Positions 30,442 to 40,421 of a stretch of 64,000 nucleotides of DNA are shown here, piece after piece. The notes under the pieces are model-generated. The model was not told the DNA's origin. It was given only the letters and a program-made list of their open reading frames with translations, and ran no database searches. The translations under genes and the position numbers were made by a program. Source of the stretch: an uncultured Candidatus Saccharibacteria bacterium (GTDB taxonomy: Bacteria; Patescibacteriota; Minisyncoccia; Phycocordibacterales; SBAW01); contig CAYQPO010000002.1 in assembly GCA_964420015.1 (NCBI GenBank), positions 7,997-71,996 of the forward strand, given 5' to 3'. The number at the start of each line of letters is the position of its first letter. Within the stretch, counting starts at the first letter, position 1.

Positions 30442-30688
30442 CCGAACTCCGTCGGCTTCACGCGACGAGCCCTGCGCCACAAGCGCCGGGCTTTCTTTTT
30501 GGAAATTTCAAAGAACAATTTTGCATGCGCTCCGCGCATTCTCGAATTAGTCCACCAAAGAAAAATTTGATATTGTCAGCGGAGCGGCTTCGCCGCGTTC
30601 GGCATTTTTTGCGCCGGATGCGCCGCGCCGCCGCTCCCGCCACCGGCGGCGCGGCTGGTTCGCACTAATTCAAGTATTCTGCACCAGA

Positions 30689-32896
30689 CTATTCATGGTG
30701 CATTTGGAGGCTTTTGGCCTGCAACGCTTTGCGCAAGAGAGGATAGGCTTTGAGCTCGAAGTCTCCTTTAATTAATGCTTGTGCTTCGGCCCGCGCGGCT
30801 TCGACTAATTTCAAATTTTTAAGTGCCTCCATACCCACGTCCGAGATGCCCCATTGCTTGCGCCCGGCTAGGTCGCCCGCGCCGCGCTGCAACAAATCTT
30901 GTTCGGCCAGTTCGAAACCGTTTTTTGCTTGTACTAAAGCGTTGAGACGCTTGAGCGTTGCCTCGCCCTTGCTCTCGGGGGCAACAAAACAGTACGCCTG
31001 ATGCGTCGAGCGCACTACGCGGCCGCGCAGTTGATGGAGCTGCGAGAGCCCAAAGCGCTCGGCCCCTTCAATAAGGATGCACGTGGCGTTGGGCACATTG
31101 ACCCCCACTTCGACCACGCTGGTGGCGACCAAGATATCAATCTCGTGTTTTGCAAAACGCAGCATCACATCGTCTTTTTTAGCCGGTGTCATCTTGCTGT
31201 GCAGGATGTCTATTGCGTACTCGGGGAAGACATCTTTTTGCAGCCGCTTTGCTTCTGTCTTGACCGACTTGGCCTGCAAGGCAAATGCTTTGTCTGGGTC
31301 GGGCTCGTCGATACGCGGGCAAATGATGTATGCTTGGCGGCCCGCTTGGAGCTGCGTGCGGATTTTTTCGTACGCGGGGTTATTTTTACCCTGGCCGGGC
31401 AGGCCTGGAGGCACTATCTCAGTAATCACTCTTTTGCGCCCTGGCGGCATCTCGTCAAGCAGTGTTAGGTCGAGGTCGCCGTAGAGGGTGAGGGCGAGCG
31501 TGCGCGGGATTGGGGTTGCGGTCATGCTCAGCAGATGCGGGAGCCGCGCGTCTTTCTTTGCCAGCTTGCGGCGCTGGTTGGTGCCAAAGCGATGCTGTTC
31601 GTCTATTACTACCAACGCGAGGTGCTTAAATTGCACTGACTTTTGTATGAGTGCATGGGTGCCAATGAGGATCGGGATTTCGCCGTTTGCTACCCATTTT
31701 AAAAGCTGCGCACGCGAGATGTTGGTGTAGCCATCTTTGTTTACTTTGGAGGGGAATTTGTAACATCCCGAGCCCATGATGAGCCCGATGTTAATAGGGA
31801 AGTGCTCAAAAAATTTTATAAACGACTCAAAATGCTGCTTGGCCAAAATTTCGGTTGGGGCCATGTAAGCTACTTGGAGTGTGCCAAAATTTTGGCCTTG
31901 GGGTCTGGTTTGTACCGCTGCGTGTGCGGCTGTGGCGGCGACCGCCGTTTTGCCTGAGCCGACGTCGCCCTCTAAGAGGCGCGACATCGGCCGACCGCGA
32001 TGCAAGTCGGCCAAAATATGTTCGGTCGCGCGTTTTTGAGCAGCCGTGGCCTCAAAAGAGAAATCGCCCATAAACTCCTCGACTTGCGCGCGCGTTGGGT
32101 TGATTTCGTAGCTGTGCTCGCGCGCCGTCTCGGCGCGCTCGCGCGCGCGGTCGAGTTGGATAAAAAATACTTCTTCGAACGCAAAACGCTTGCGCGCAGC
32201 CTCGGCCTGCTTCAACGTTTGCGGCTGGTGCGCCCATACAAGCGCGGTGCGCAAGGTGGGGAGATTATATTTCTTGAGCATTTCGCGTGGCAGGGGGTCT
32301 TCGACCCCATCGAGCCCGCCCTCGACTATTTTTTTGATCGCGCTTCTAAACCAAAGCGATGAGATGCCGCGCGACTCGGGGTAGATCGCAAACAGGTCAT
32401 TCAAAAAGTCCTCGGGTCGCCCTCTGCGGGGCTCAACCAGACTTTTTTCATGACCTGTTTGCTTTTGGAATAAACTTGCTTCGGTCGCAGAAATTTTTTG
32501 CAGCTGCGGGTTGGCCAAGTAGAGCTTGCCTGCTGAGCCGGTGACCTTGCCCACGGCGCGCACCAAGGCACCCTCTGCGTACATTTTTGCAATGTAGGGC
32601 TGATTAAACCAGCGCAGTTTGACCCGGCCAGAGGAGTCGCGCAGCCACCCTTCAGTCATGGGCACACGCGATTTCCAGCTTTTTTTGGCCTCGAGCTTCT
32701 CCAGTGTCCCGACGATCGCGACCTCTTGGCCGCTTGTAAGGACTGAGACGCTTGCCTCGGCTCCAGCTTGGTCGTAGCGAGAGGGGAGGTGGTAGAGCAG
32801 ATCGCGTACTGTTTTAAGGCCTAATTTACTGAGCGCCGATCGTTGTGAGTCACTTAACCTAAAGGCGTTTTCGAGTCGCACGTCAAAATCCATCAC
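30689..32896 (-). CDS. recG: ATP-dependent DNA helicase RecG
   Basis: GDVGSGKT, MAPTEILA, DEQHRFG, MTATPIPRTL, QLHQLRGRV. Confidence 0.97.
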   Translation of the reverse strand: MMDFDVRLENAFRLSDSQRSALSKLGLKTVRDLLYHLPSRYDQAGAEASVSVLTSGQEVAIVGTLEKLEAKKSWKSRVPMTEGWLRDSSGRVKLRWFNQPYIAKMYAEGALVRAVGKVTGSAGKLYLANPQLQKISATEASLFQKQTGHEKSLVEPRRGRPEDFLNDLFAIYPESRGISSLWFRSAIKKIVEGGLDGVEDPLPREMLKKYNLPTLRTALVWAHQPQTLKQAEAARKRFAFEEVFFIQLDRARERAETAREHSYEINPTRAQVEEFMGDFSFEATAAQKRATEHILADLHRGRPMSRLLEGDVGSGKTAVAATAAHAAVQTRPQGQNFGTLQVAYMAPTEILAKQHFESFIKFFEHFPINIGLIMGSGCYKFPSKVNKDGYTNISRAQLLKWVANGEIPILIGTHALIQKSVQFKHLALVVIDEQHRFGTNQRRKLAKKDARLPHLLSMTATPIPRTLALTLYGDLDLTLLDEMPPGRKRVITEIVPPGLPGQGKNNPAYEKIRTQLQAGRQAYIICPRIDEPDPDKAFALQAKSVKTEAKRLQKDVFPEYAIDILHSKMTPAKKDDVMLRFAKHEIDILVATSVVEVGVNVPNATCILIEGAERFGLSQLHQLRGRVVRSTHQAYCFVAPESKGEATLKRLNALVQAKNGFELAEQDLLQRGAGDLAGRKQWGISDVGMEALKNLKLVEAARAEAQALIKGDFELKAYPLLRKALQAKSLQMHHE

Positions 32897-32937
32897 TTCA
32901 TACTATACTCTCAAAGTTGGTAAAAAAGAGGTACCAT

Positions 32938-33474
32938 ATGCGTCATAGTATGCGGGACCTGGAGCGTGAATTTGGCGAGGCCTTTGAGGCTTATAGTGAC
33001 GAGCTTTTTCGGCACGCCGCCCTTCGCCTACGCGATCGAGAGCGAGCCTTGGAGCTTACCCAAGAGTGCTTTTTAAAGGTCTTTGAGTACGCCAAGAAAG
33101 GCGAAGAAATTCTCGATCTGAGGCCCTTTCTCTACCGCACACTGCGCCACCTGATTATCGACGAGTACCGGCGCAAAAAGTCGGTTTCGCTCGAGGCGAT
33201 GGCTGAGGCGGGAGAGTTCGAGGTCGAGGACCTGCTGCCGCACGACGAGAGCAATACGCTTGAGCGCGCGATAGAGCGCTTTGAGGGCAGGCGCGTGCTT
33301 GCATGCTTGCAAGAGTTGCCCGACCCATACCGCGAAGCGGTGTCACTGCGCTACATCGACGGGCTTTCTCCCAAAGAGATAGCGAAGATAGTCGATGAGA
33401 GTGAGAATGTGGTTAGTGTGCGCGTGCACCGCGGCTTGCAAAAACTGCGAGCATTGTTACAAAGCGATGAATAA
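32938..33474 (+). CDS. ECF (sigma-70 family) RNA polymerase sigma factor; start uncertain
   Basis: ELTQECFLK, FLYRTLRHLIIDEYRR, region-4 HTH GLSPKEIA...VRVHRG. Confidence 0.9.
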   Translation: MRHSMRDLEREFGEAFEAYSDELFRHAALRLRDRERALELTQECFLKVFEYAKKGEEILDLRPFLYRTLRHLIIDEYRRKKSVSLEAMAEAGEFEVEDLLPHDESNTLERAIERFEGRRVLACLQELPDPYREAVSLRYIDGLSPKEIAKIVDESENVVSVRVHRGLQKLRALLQSDE

Positions 33475-34243
33475 TCTACGAGACGAAGTGAATAAAATTC
33501 GGCTTACGCCGACCGAAAAGGCTCAAATGCGAGCTGCTATTTTCGGTGTACCTGCACCAATGGCTCCCAAACGCTCGCCCTACTTCCTCTTTACATATCA
33601 ATTCCGCGTAGTGGTGGCGGGGCTTTTGGTGGTGGTGTTCGCCAGCGCGGGCACCGCACAAGCTGCACAAGGCGCGCTCCCCGGCGATTTGCTTTATCCG
33701 ATCAAAATCAACATCAACGAGCGTGTCGAGGTCGCGCTTGCTGCTACGCCAAAAACTAAAGCAAACGTGGAAGCAACCATCGCGCAGCGCCGTGTGCAAG
33801 AAGCACTCGTACTCGAGGAGCAGGGCCGGCTTGATGCGACCACGACGCAAGAAATCGAGGATAACTTTAATGAGCACGCCTCAGCGGCGCTTGCGCTTGT
33901 CCCTGGCGCCGCTATGGGCATTGCGCCCGTATCGGAGAGTGGCACTCCTCAATTTGAACAAAAAAAGAGTCTCGCACCAACTTCCACGCGTAGCACTGCG
34001 GTGCGCACCAAGACTCCCCCCCGTGCTTTCTCGGCCTCCAGTACTGCTGTGCTTGAAGCGTCGTCGAGCGACACTGCAATGGCAAGCTCAAGCATCAACG
34101 AGCAAGGTCAAGACGAAGAAGAGGGTGTCCACATTCAAGCGAGTCTTGAGCACCAGCGCGATATTCTCGAGGGGCTTAAGCTGCGCGTGTCTGAGCAGCG
34201 TCACGGCAAACAGAAGGTTGAGTTGGATAGCCTTTCTGACTAG
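33467..34243 (+). CDS. Putative anti-sigma membrane protein (DUF5667-like)
   Basis: Overlaps sigma stop; one TM then ALPGDLLYPIK...E. Confidence 0.7.
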   Translation: MNNLRDEVNKIRLTPTEKAQMRAAIFGVPAPMAPKRSPYFLFTYQFRVVVAGLLVVVFASAGTAQAAQGALPGDLLYPIKININERVEVALAATPKTKANVEATIAQRRVQEALVLEEQGRLDATTTQEIEDNFNEHASAALALVPGAAMGIAPVSESGTPQFEQKKSLAPTSTRSTAVRTKTPPRAFSASSTAVLEASSSDTAMASSSINEQGQDEEEGVHIQASLEHQRDILEGLKLRVSEQRHGKQKVELDSLSD

Positions 34244-34323
34244 CGGGGTCTTAAGCATTTGAACCGTCAGCAGCGCATCGGCGCTCTACGTACTAGCACA
34301 TCTCCAACACTTTTTGTCAAGGG

Positions 34324-34410
34324 CGGAGAGGGAGGGATTCGAACCCTCGGTCCCCGTTAAGGGACAACAACTTAGCAGGTTGCTGCATTCGACCGCTCTG
34401 CCACCTCTCC
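34324..34410 (-). tRNA. tRNA-Ser (GCT)
   Basis: GGAGAGG acceptor, gcaac-ctGCTaa-gttgt, long variable arm, GTTCGAAT. Confidence 0.95.
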
Positions 34411-34560
34411 AATAGCAAACACTTTAGCACTTTCAGGCCCAGTGGTACACTGCAAACGCAGAGAGAGAGTTACTCACCCCTCTCATCTAGGTTAAACCTA
34501 GGCGCTCTAAAAAATCACTTTGAAAATCTTTCTATTTTCTTACAAATCCGTTACCATATA

Positions 34561-34983
34561 GTGGTGATATTTTCGAGTCGATGTGTTCGACCCTTCGCCG
34601 CAATTGCGCTGGCTGCTTTTTTGACGGTGGGCATCTTCGGAGTCTCTCACGGCATGCAGATGGGGCCCAAAGGGGAGATGCCCAATTGTCCGTTTATGTC
34701 GGGCTCCGCGATCTGTACGATGTCTCCGTTCGAACATTTAGCAGCGTGGCAGTCTGCATTTTCCTTCACACCGATGAAGTACGGAGCTGCGTTTTTTGCT
34801 CTTATCATTATAACTTTTGTCGCAGCGTTTGTTTTTGCGGATATACGACGGCTTTGGGGAAACAGAATAGCTTTAGCGGTCAGCATGCAAAGAGTTCGGT
34901 ACAGACGTCGACCGCAGAGCGCTGTTCTCGAGCCGTTCCAAGAGCTCTTTTCAAACGGCATCTTAAATCCAAAGGTCTTCTAG
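34561..34983 (+). CDS. Membrane protein with His/Met/Cys motif; start uncertain
   Basis: HGMQM...MPNCPFM...C.MSPFEH; C-terminal FQELFSNGILNPK. Confidence 0.65.
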   Translation: MVIFSSRCVRPFAAIALAAFLTVGIFGVSHGMQMGPKGEMPNCPFMSGSAICTMSPFEHLAAWQSAFSFTPMKYGAAFFALIIITFVAAFVFADIRRLWGNRIALAVSMQRVRYRRRPQSAVLEPFQELFSNGILNPKVF

Positions 34984-35042
34984 CGAAGGATATTTCCCGC
35001 GCGTTAATCTTGCGCGGCCTTTATCGTTTGTCTAAAAAATCT

Positions 35043-35762
35043 ATGGAAGAATCATCTCAAAAATCATTCACCCTCTCGACTCCCATGGCGATCATAATCG
35101 TCGGAGTCATCATTGCCGGTGCCGTGTATTTCGGGACGTCAAAAGGTGGAACTGTCGCAGGGACTCAAGTCCAGCAGCCCACAGAGCAACCTGCCGCGCA
35201 GGCGGTTGATGTGTCCAACGTTAAGACGGCCGGCGACCCATTTATCGGAAACCAGAATGCTCCAGCCACCATGGCGTATTGGTACGACTATCAGTGTCCG
35301 TTCTGTGGACGCAACGAGGAGCAGGTTATGCCACAAATCGTCAAGAATTATGTTGACACTGGAAAACTGAAAATCGTCTTTAAAGATTTCGAGTTCCTAG
35401 GGCCCGATTCGCAAACGCTCGGGCAGTATTCGCATGCCGTGTGGGAGGCCGCGCCAGACAAGTTCTACGCATGGCACAAGGCGGTATACGACAATCAAGG
35501 TACTGAGAATACGGGTTGGGCGACGCAAGCAAAGATCCTCTCGATCACGAAGAGCGTTCTTGATGCGGCAACCACTGACCAAGTGGTCAATCTCGTGAAG
35601 ACGAAAGGAGCCGAGTACCAGAAAATTATGGACGCCGACAAAGCCGAAGGCTCGGCGCTTGGTATCAACGGCACTCCCGGTTCGATCATCGGCAAGCGGC
35701 TCGTCGAGGGTGCGCAGCCGTATGCAGCCTTCCAAACAGCAATAGATGCAGCACTTAAATAA
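35043..35762 (+). CDS. DsbA-family thiol-disulfide oxidoreductase
   Basis: N-terminal TM, DYQCPFC, GINGTP, GAQP. Confidence 0.9.
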   Translation: MEESSQKSFTLSTPMAIIIVGVIIAGAVYFGTSKGGTVAGTQVQQPTEQPAAQAVDVSNVKTAGDPFIGNQNAPATMAYWYDYQCPFCGRNEEQVMPQIVKNYVDTGKLKIVFKDFEFLGPDSQTLGQYSHAVWEAAPDKFYAWHKAVYDNQGTENTGWATQAKILSITKSVLDAATTDQVVNLVKTKGAEYQKIMDADKAEGSALGINGTPGSIIGKRLVEGAQPYAAFQTAIDAALK

Positions 35763-35768
35763 AAGTAT

Positions 35769-36440
35769 ATGGAAACACAAAAGATCAGAGTGCCGGCGGC
35801 CATTATAGGTGTCGCGCTTGTGGGGGTAGTGCTATACGTTGCGGTACGACATCCGTCGCCCGTGTTAGCAGAGAATCAAAAAATCTATGCGAGTATCCCT
35901 ACAGAAGCGGGTAAGAAAAACTTTCTCACGCAGAGCGCGAACATGTCTGTTGCGGTCGACCCCGAACTCGTTGATCTTGATAGCCAGATAAGCAGCTGCG
36001 ATGCGGATGTCGACGGCGCAGTAAATGCCACGGGCATGAGCGGCAGCTGCATCGACTCCAGCGTGATTGATATCTCTAAAATGCAGGGAAAGTACATGGG
36101 CGGCCAGTGCTGCTCGGCGATGAAGGATACCGTCGAATATCATGAAAATCTAGAAAAGCTGCAGGCCTACAAGCGTATGCCCGACATCGTGCTTGACCCC
36201 ATGCACACGCCGGTTGAGACTGCAAAAAAATGGATTGACTACGACAAGGTAACAGAGCTTACATCAGCCGAGCAAGAGGTCTTCAACGAAGCGTACGCCC
36301 TCTCAAAAGAAAAACCGTGCTGTTGCAAATGCTGGCACTACTACGTTAACGAAGGCATCGCCAAAAAAATGATTAAAGACGGCTCCTACGGCGCGCAGCA
36401 GATTGCTGACTATTGGGATGCATCGGATATCTGTGGGTAA
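35769..36440 (+). CDS. Membrane-anchored Cys-rich hypothetical protein
   Basis: TM anchor; GQCCS, PCCCKCWH, terminal ICG. Confidence 0.75.
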   Translation: METQKIRVPAAIIGVALVGVVLYVAVRHPSPVLAENQKIYASIPTEAGKKNFLTQSANMSVAVDPELVDLDSQISSCDADVDGAVNATGMSGSCIDSSVIDISKMQGKYMGGQCCSAMKDTVEYHENLEKLQAYKRMPDIVLDPMHTPVETAKKWIDYDKVTELTSAEQEVFNEAYALSKEKPCCCKCWHYYVNEGIAKKMIKDGSYGAQQIADYWDASDICG

Positions 36441-36443
36441 TGA

Positions 36444-37064
36444 TCACCGGAGGAAGATGAGCGCCAAGGCGAGTGCGACCATACCGAAATCTTCAATAAG
36501 CGTGATCTTGGTGAGTGGTACTTTAAGAAAAGTGCCGAGACACGCGCACTGGAACTCTTCGCCTTTTGCGAGCTTTAATGCGACACCCACGCCGCTAAAG
36601 AGCATTACTACAACTTCTGCCCACAAGAGCGTGGGAGTAAGTACACCTCCTAGCATCGCTAGTCCAAAAAAGAGCTCAATGAACGGATAGACGTACCCAT
36701 ACCCGAACCACCGCCCTGCTAATAAGTCGTATGTCGAGTACCCTTCGGCAAACCCTTTGAGATCCATCAATTTAAATCCGGCAAAGACGATAAAGAACCC
36801 AGCCATAAAATTTGAAATAGTATCTGTGAATGAAACACTGCCCGCCACATAGTTGTGCCACGCTATTGTCCCCGTGCTTGCGGCGAGGAGAAAAAAGATA
36901 ACCACCAGTGGAATATAGCTGCGCCAGGTGAGGGTGCCCAAACCTCTATCCTCAACATTCATTCTGATTGCGGGGGCATGCTTCTCCACTAGAGCCATGC
37001 CGCATTTTGGGCAGCGCCCTGGCCCACTCTGACGTATCTCCGGATGCATGGGGCATGTGTACAT
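36444..37064 (-). CDS. Heavy-metal-binding domain plus MauE/DoxX-like membrane protein
   Basis: YTCPMHP...PGRCPKCGM; YPFIE; CACLG. Confidence 0.85.
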   Translation of the reverse strand: MYTCPMHPEIRQSGPGRCPKCGMALVEKHAPAIRMNVEDRGLGTLTWRSYIPLVVIFFLLAASTGTIAWHNYVAGSVSFTDTISNFMAGFFIVFAGFKLMDLKGFAEGYSTYDLLAGRWFGYGYVYPFIELFFGLAMLGGVLTPTLLWAEVVVMLFSGVGVALKLAKGEEFQCACLGTFLKVPLTKITLIEDFGMVALALALIFLR

Positions 37065-37158
37065 GCTATGGATTGTACACCTTGTCGTAGATCCTATACA
37101 TTATTCTGTTTTAAGAAGATATATACTGGGTGGGTACTAATCCTCTTTATTTTTATGT

Positions 37159-39783
37159 ATGAAAATTACTAGTTGTATTTTGTCGCTCTCCCTCGCCGCT
37201 CTTCTTTCGGCAGGCCCATCGCTCGCATACGCGCAGCTAGGCGGCGTGGTGCCGCCATCGCCTAGCACACCATCTAGTGCAGAAGTCCAACAACAAGTGC
37301 AACAAATAGTTACTCCGCCCGCAGACACGACAGGACCGGTGATCTCGGGAGTCGCCGCCCTGTCATTGCTCTCTACGACCGCGGAGATCGTGTGGGCTAC
37401 CGATGAACTCGCGGTCTCGGGGCTGCACTACGGAGTTACCGAGAGTCTGGGCTCTACCGCTACACTCCCCACGACAGCGCTTTTGGTACATGGGGTAGTG
37501 CTCACCGGCCTTTTGCCAAGCACCACCTATCACTATTGTATCGACGCAACCGATGTCGTAGGCAATGTCACACACTCCTGCAGCCACACCTTCACGACCG
37601 CAGCTGCTTCAGTGCCAAGCATCGGCGACACGAATCCGCCTACGGTCTCGATTGTCTCTGCAGCCTCGGTCACCTCCTCGTCTGTGGTCGTTACCTGGAC
37701 CACCGACGAAGTCGCTGACGCGCAAGTGGAGTACGGCACAGAAGGATACGATTTGACCAGCGCGCTCGATACCAATCTTGCGCTCACTCACTCAGCCGCG
37801 CTCAACAATCTCTCGCCCAATACCACTTACCACTATCGTGTACGCTCGAGCGACGAGTTTGGCAATGTTGCGTACTCGCCCGACGAGACGTTTACTACTC
37901 TTTCGACAAACTCAGGGCAAGCAGCACCTTTAGGGTCCGGGTCGTCGGGATCGATTTCTTCCGGCGATCAAACAGTCTCTGCACTCACTTTTTCGTCAGT
38001 CGAGAGCACTTCGATCACGCAAACAGGCGTGGCTATTACGTGGACTACGAGTTTACCCGGAGACTCGCAAGTCGAGTATGGCGAGAGCGAAAACTTTGGC
38101 TACCAGACACCGCTTAGTGCTGTACTTGCGACATCCCACTCCGTTTCTGTTGCGGGGCTTTCGCCCGGTACCAATTACCTCTTTCGGGTAAAGTCCAAAC
38201 CCGCAGGTGCTTCTGCTGCGGTCGTATCGGCAGTCTACGAGTTCAACACGCTCGCCGCGCCCGAACTGCTTACTCAGCCGGCAAACATTACGGCGGTCGC
38301 AGCGTCGAGCACGACCATCTCCTCGGCGACGGTTACCTGGAACACGGATATAGCGGCCACAAGCCAAGTCGAGTATGGCGTCTCGACCGCTTACGGGCAA
38401 ACAAGTACCCCTTCTAACCTACTGGTCGCTTCCCATTCTGTAGTGCTCTCTAGTCTTGCGGCCGGCACCCTGTATCACTACCGCGTAAAGTCGGTGACCG
38501 AAGCGGGGGATATCACGTATTCGGACGATCATGCTTTTGCGACGACCTTGCCTCCAGGATCGGTCGGACAGGGCGCGCCCGTAGAAGTAGAGACGCTCTC
38601 CGTCTTGGCGCACGACCAAACTTCCGCGACACTTTCGTGGCACGTTGAGGGTGATACAGACGCGGCCGCGGGGTACGAGATTCGCTCTGCGACGTTTCAG
38701 ATAAATAGCGCCTCATACGCGCAAGCGAGCCTGGCGCAGGAGACGACCATCAGCTATGCCGACCTCTCACCAAACGGCGCTTCGCGCACCTACGTTGTCG
38801 CTGGACTCGATCCCAACACTACTTACTACTTTGCCCTCAAGTCTAAATATCAACACAGCGATTGGTCGGCAGTATCTAACATTGCTTCGGTAACGACTTC
38901 TGCCTCGGCACAAGGGTCGGGCGCACAATCGGGCGGTGGTGGAGGCTCAGTATCCGTCACTCACGCACCCACCCTCGTGAGCGCCTCGGGCGAAGACGGT
39001 CAGATAGTCTTCAATTGGAAAAATGCGAAGGAGGACAGCTACGTGCACACGGTTGTCGTGCGCAAGAAAGAGGGTTCGTATCCTACTTCGCCGACAGACG
39101 GTGAGGCTATTTATGAGGGTCGCAGCGAGACCTTTACCGACACCAATCTTGAGAATGGCAAAACATACTATTACGGCATCTACTCGTTTGATCGCGCAAA
39201 GCATTACTCGGTGCCAGTGCGTGTGTCGCTCACGCCCAAAAGCGGGACGGACGAAGTGAAGCTACAACAGAATCCAAACCTAATCGCAGTAGGTTCGAAA
39301 GAACATTTTGTGCGAGAACTTAAAAAGGGCGACAAAGATATCGAGGTTGAGCATCTTCAGCAGCTCCTACTCAACGAGGGCATCTATACCTTCGGCAAAG
39401 TGACCGGCTACTTTGGGGGTCGCACAGAAGTGGCGCTCAAGGCCTTTCAGAAAAAACACAACCTACCACAGTCGGGAGTTACTGACGCGGCCACGAGAAC
39501 TTTGCTTGCTGCACTGTCACAAAATCAAATAAGACTCGAAGTTCCGGGAGACGCGCTTTTGTTTACCATCAATCTGCGGCAGGGTGCGACCGGGGGCGTC
39601 GTCGAGGCTTTGCAGGAGTTTCTCATCCGCGAGGGGAGTTACCGAGGCACCGTTACGGGCTCGTTCGATGTAGCCACCAAGGCCGCGGTTATGGCGTTTC
39701 AGAAAAAATATAATATCCAGCCCTCCTCAGGGTATGTGGGCCCCAAGACCCGGCACGTGATACAAACCATAAGCGGGTTCTGA
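37159..39783 (+). CDS. Secreted protein with FN3-like repeats and two C-terminal peptidoglycan-binding domains
   Basis: Signal peptide; repeats of W.T.....S.VEYG...H.V.L..L.P.T.YHYRV; LQQLL...GYFG..T..A...FQ twice. Confidence 0.88.
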   Translation: MKITSCILSLSLAALLSAGPSLAYAQLGGVVPPSPSTPSSAEVQQQVQQIVTPPADTTGPVISGVAALSLLSTTAEIVWATDELAVSGLHYGVTESLGSTATLPTTALLVHGVVLTGLLPSTTYHYCIDATDVVGNVTHSCSHTFTTAAASVPSIGDTNPPTVSIVSAASVTSSSVVVTWTTDEVADAQVEYGTEGYDLTSALDTNLALTHSAALNNLSPNTTYHYRVRSSDEFGNVAYSPDETFTTLSTNSGQAAPLGSGSSGSISSGDQTVSALTFSSVESTSITQTGVAITWTTSLPGDSQVEYGESENFGYQTPLSAVLATSHSVSVAGLSPGTNYLFRVKSKPAGASAAVVSAVYEFNTLAAPELLTQPANITAVAASSTTISSATVTWNTDIAATSQVEYGVSTAYGQTSTPSNLLVASHSVVLSSLAAGTLYHYRVKSVTEAGDITYSDDHAFATTLPPGSVGQGAPVEVETLSVLAHDQTSATLSWHVEGDTDAAAGYEIRSATFQINSASYAQASLAQETTISYADLSPNGASRTYVVAGLDPNTTYYFALKSKYQHSDWSAVSNIASVTTSASAQGSGAQSGGGGGSVSVTHAPTLVSASGEDGQIVFNWKNAKEDSYVHTVVVRKKEGSYPTSPTDGEAIYEGRSETFTDTNLENGKTYYYGIYSFDRAKHYSVPVRVSLTPKSGTDEVKLQQNPNLIAVGSKEHFVRELKKGDKDIEVEHLQQLLLNEGIYTFGKVTGYFGGRTEVALKAFQKKHNLPQSGVTDAATRTLLAALSQNQIRLEVPGDALLFTINLRQGATGGVVEALQEFLIREGSYRGTVTGSFDVATKAAVMAFQKKYNIQPSSGYVGPKTRHVIQTISGF

Positions 39784-39797
39784 ACAATGAGGCTCCG

Positions 39798-40403
39798 CTA
39801 ACTTTTAGCGAGCGCGACTAAGTGCACCGCGCGCGCTCCGGCTTTGCGGAGCGCGCGCTTTGCTTCCTCAAGCGTTGCACCGGTCGTGTTTACGTCATCA
39901 ACTACCACGCACACCCGACCGCGCACGAGTAATTCATTTGCGCGCATCGAGTGGGCCACATTTTTAATTCGAATTGTTTTGGGCAACCCCTGTTGGGTTG
40001 GGCTGTGCACCACGCGCTCAAGCGCTTGCAGAGCATATACAAAAGTGTTTTTAGGCAGCTCTTGTAAGGCGGCTACACAGAGTGTCTCGGTTTGATTATG
40101 ACCACGCAACCGGCGGCGCTCCGCGTGCATCGGCACCGGCACCAAAAGCGGCGTGCCGATCTCCTCGGCAGCAACGCCAAGCAACATTTCGGCCAGATAC
40201 GCGCCGGCGAGTGCGCGTGCAGCGCGAGCGTTGTGATACTTAAACTCCCACACGAGTGCCTGCACGCGCGGCTCGTGGTAGGGCAGGCCCTCTTCGTTCG
40301 AGAGCCTGAGGAGTTGCTCAAGCGTAAGCGTACGCACAAGCCGCTCGGTTGCACGCGGCGGGATCAGCAAGTCGAGTACGTCTGTAATAAACTCAAAGGC
40401 CAT
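39798..40403 (-). CDS. comF: ComF-family competence protein (PRTase domain)
   Basis: FKY, VPVPMH, RGHNQ, VVDDVNTTGATL. Confidence 0.88.
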   Translation of the reverse strand: MAFEFITDVLDLLIPPRATERLVRTLTLEQLLRLSNEEGLPYHEPRVQALVWEFKYHNARAARALAGAYLAEMLLGVAAEEIGTPLLVPVPMHAERRRLRGHNQTETLCVAALQELPKNTFVYALQALERVVHSPTQQGLPKTIRIKNVAHSMRANELLVRGRVCVVVDDVNTTGATLEEAKRALRKAGARAVHLVALAKS

Positions 40404-40421
40404 GGTGTTATAATAGAACGA

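Noticed and set aside
34581-35042. N-terminal extension of the 393-aa DsbA ORF
   Set aside because: It overlaps the better-supported 34561-34983 gene; DsbA plausibly starts at ATG 35043. The same reasoning trimmed the extended ORFs for pilM, the LOG gene and MOSC.
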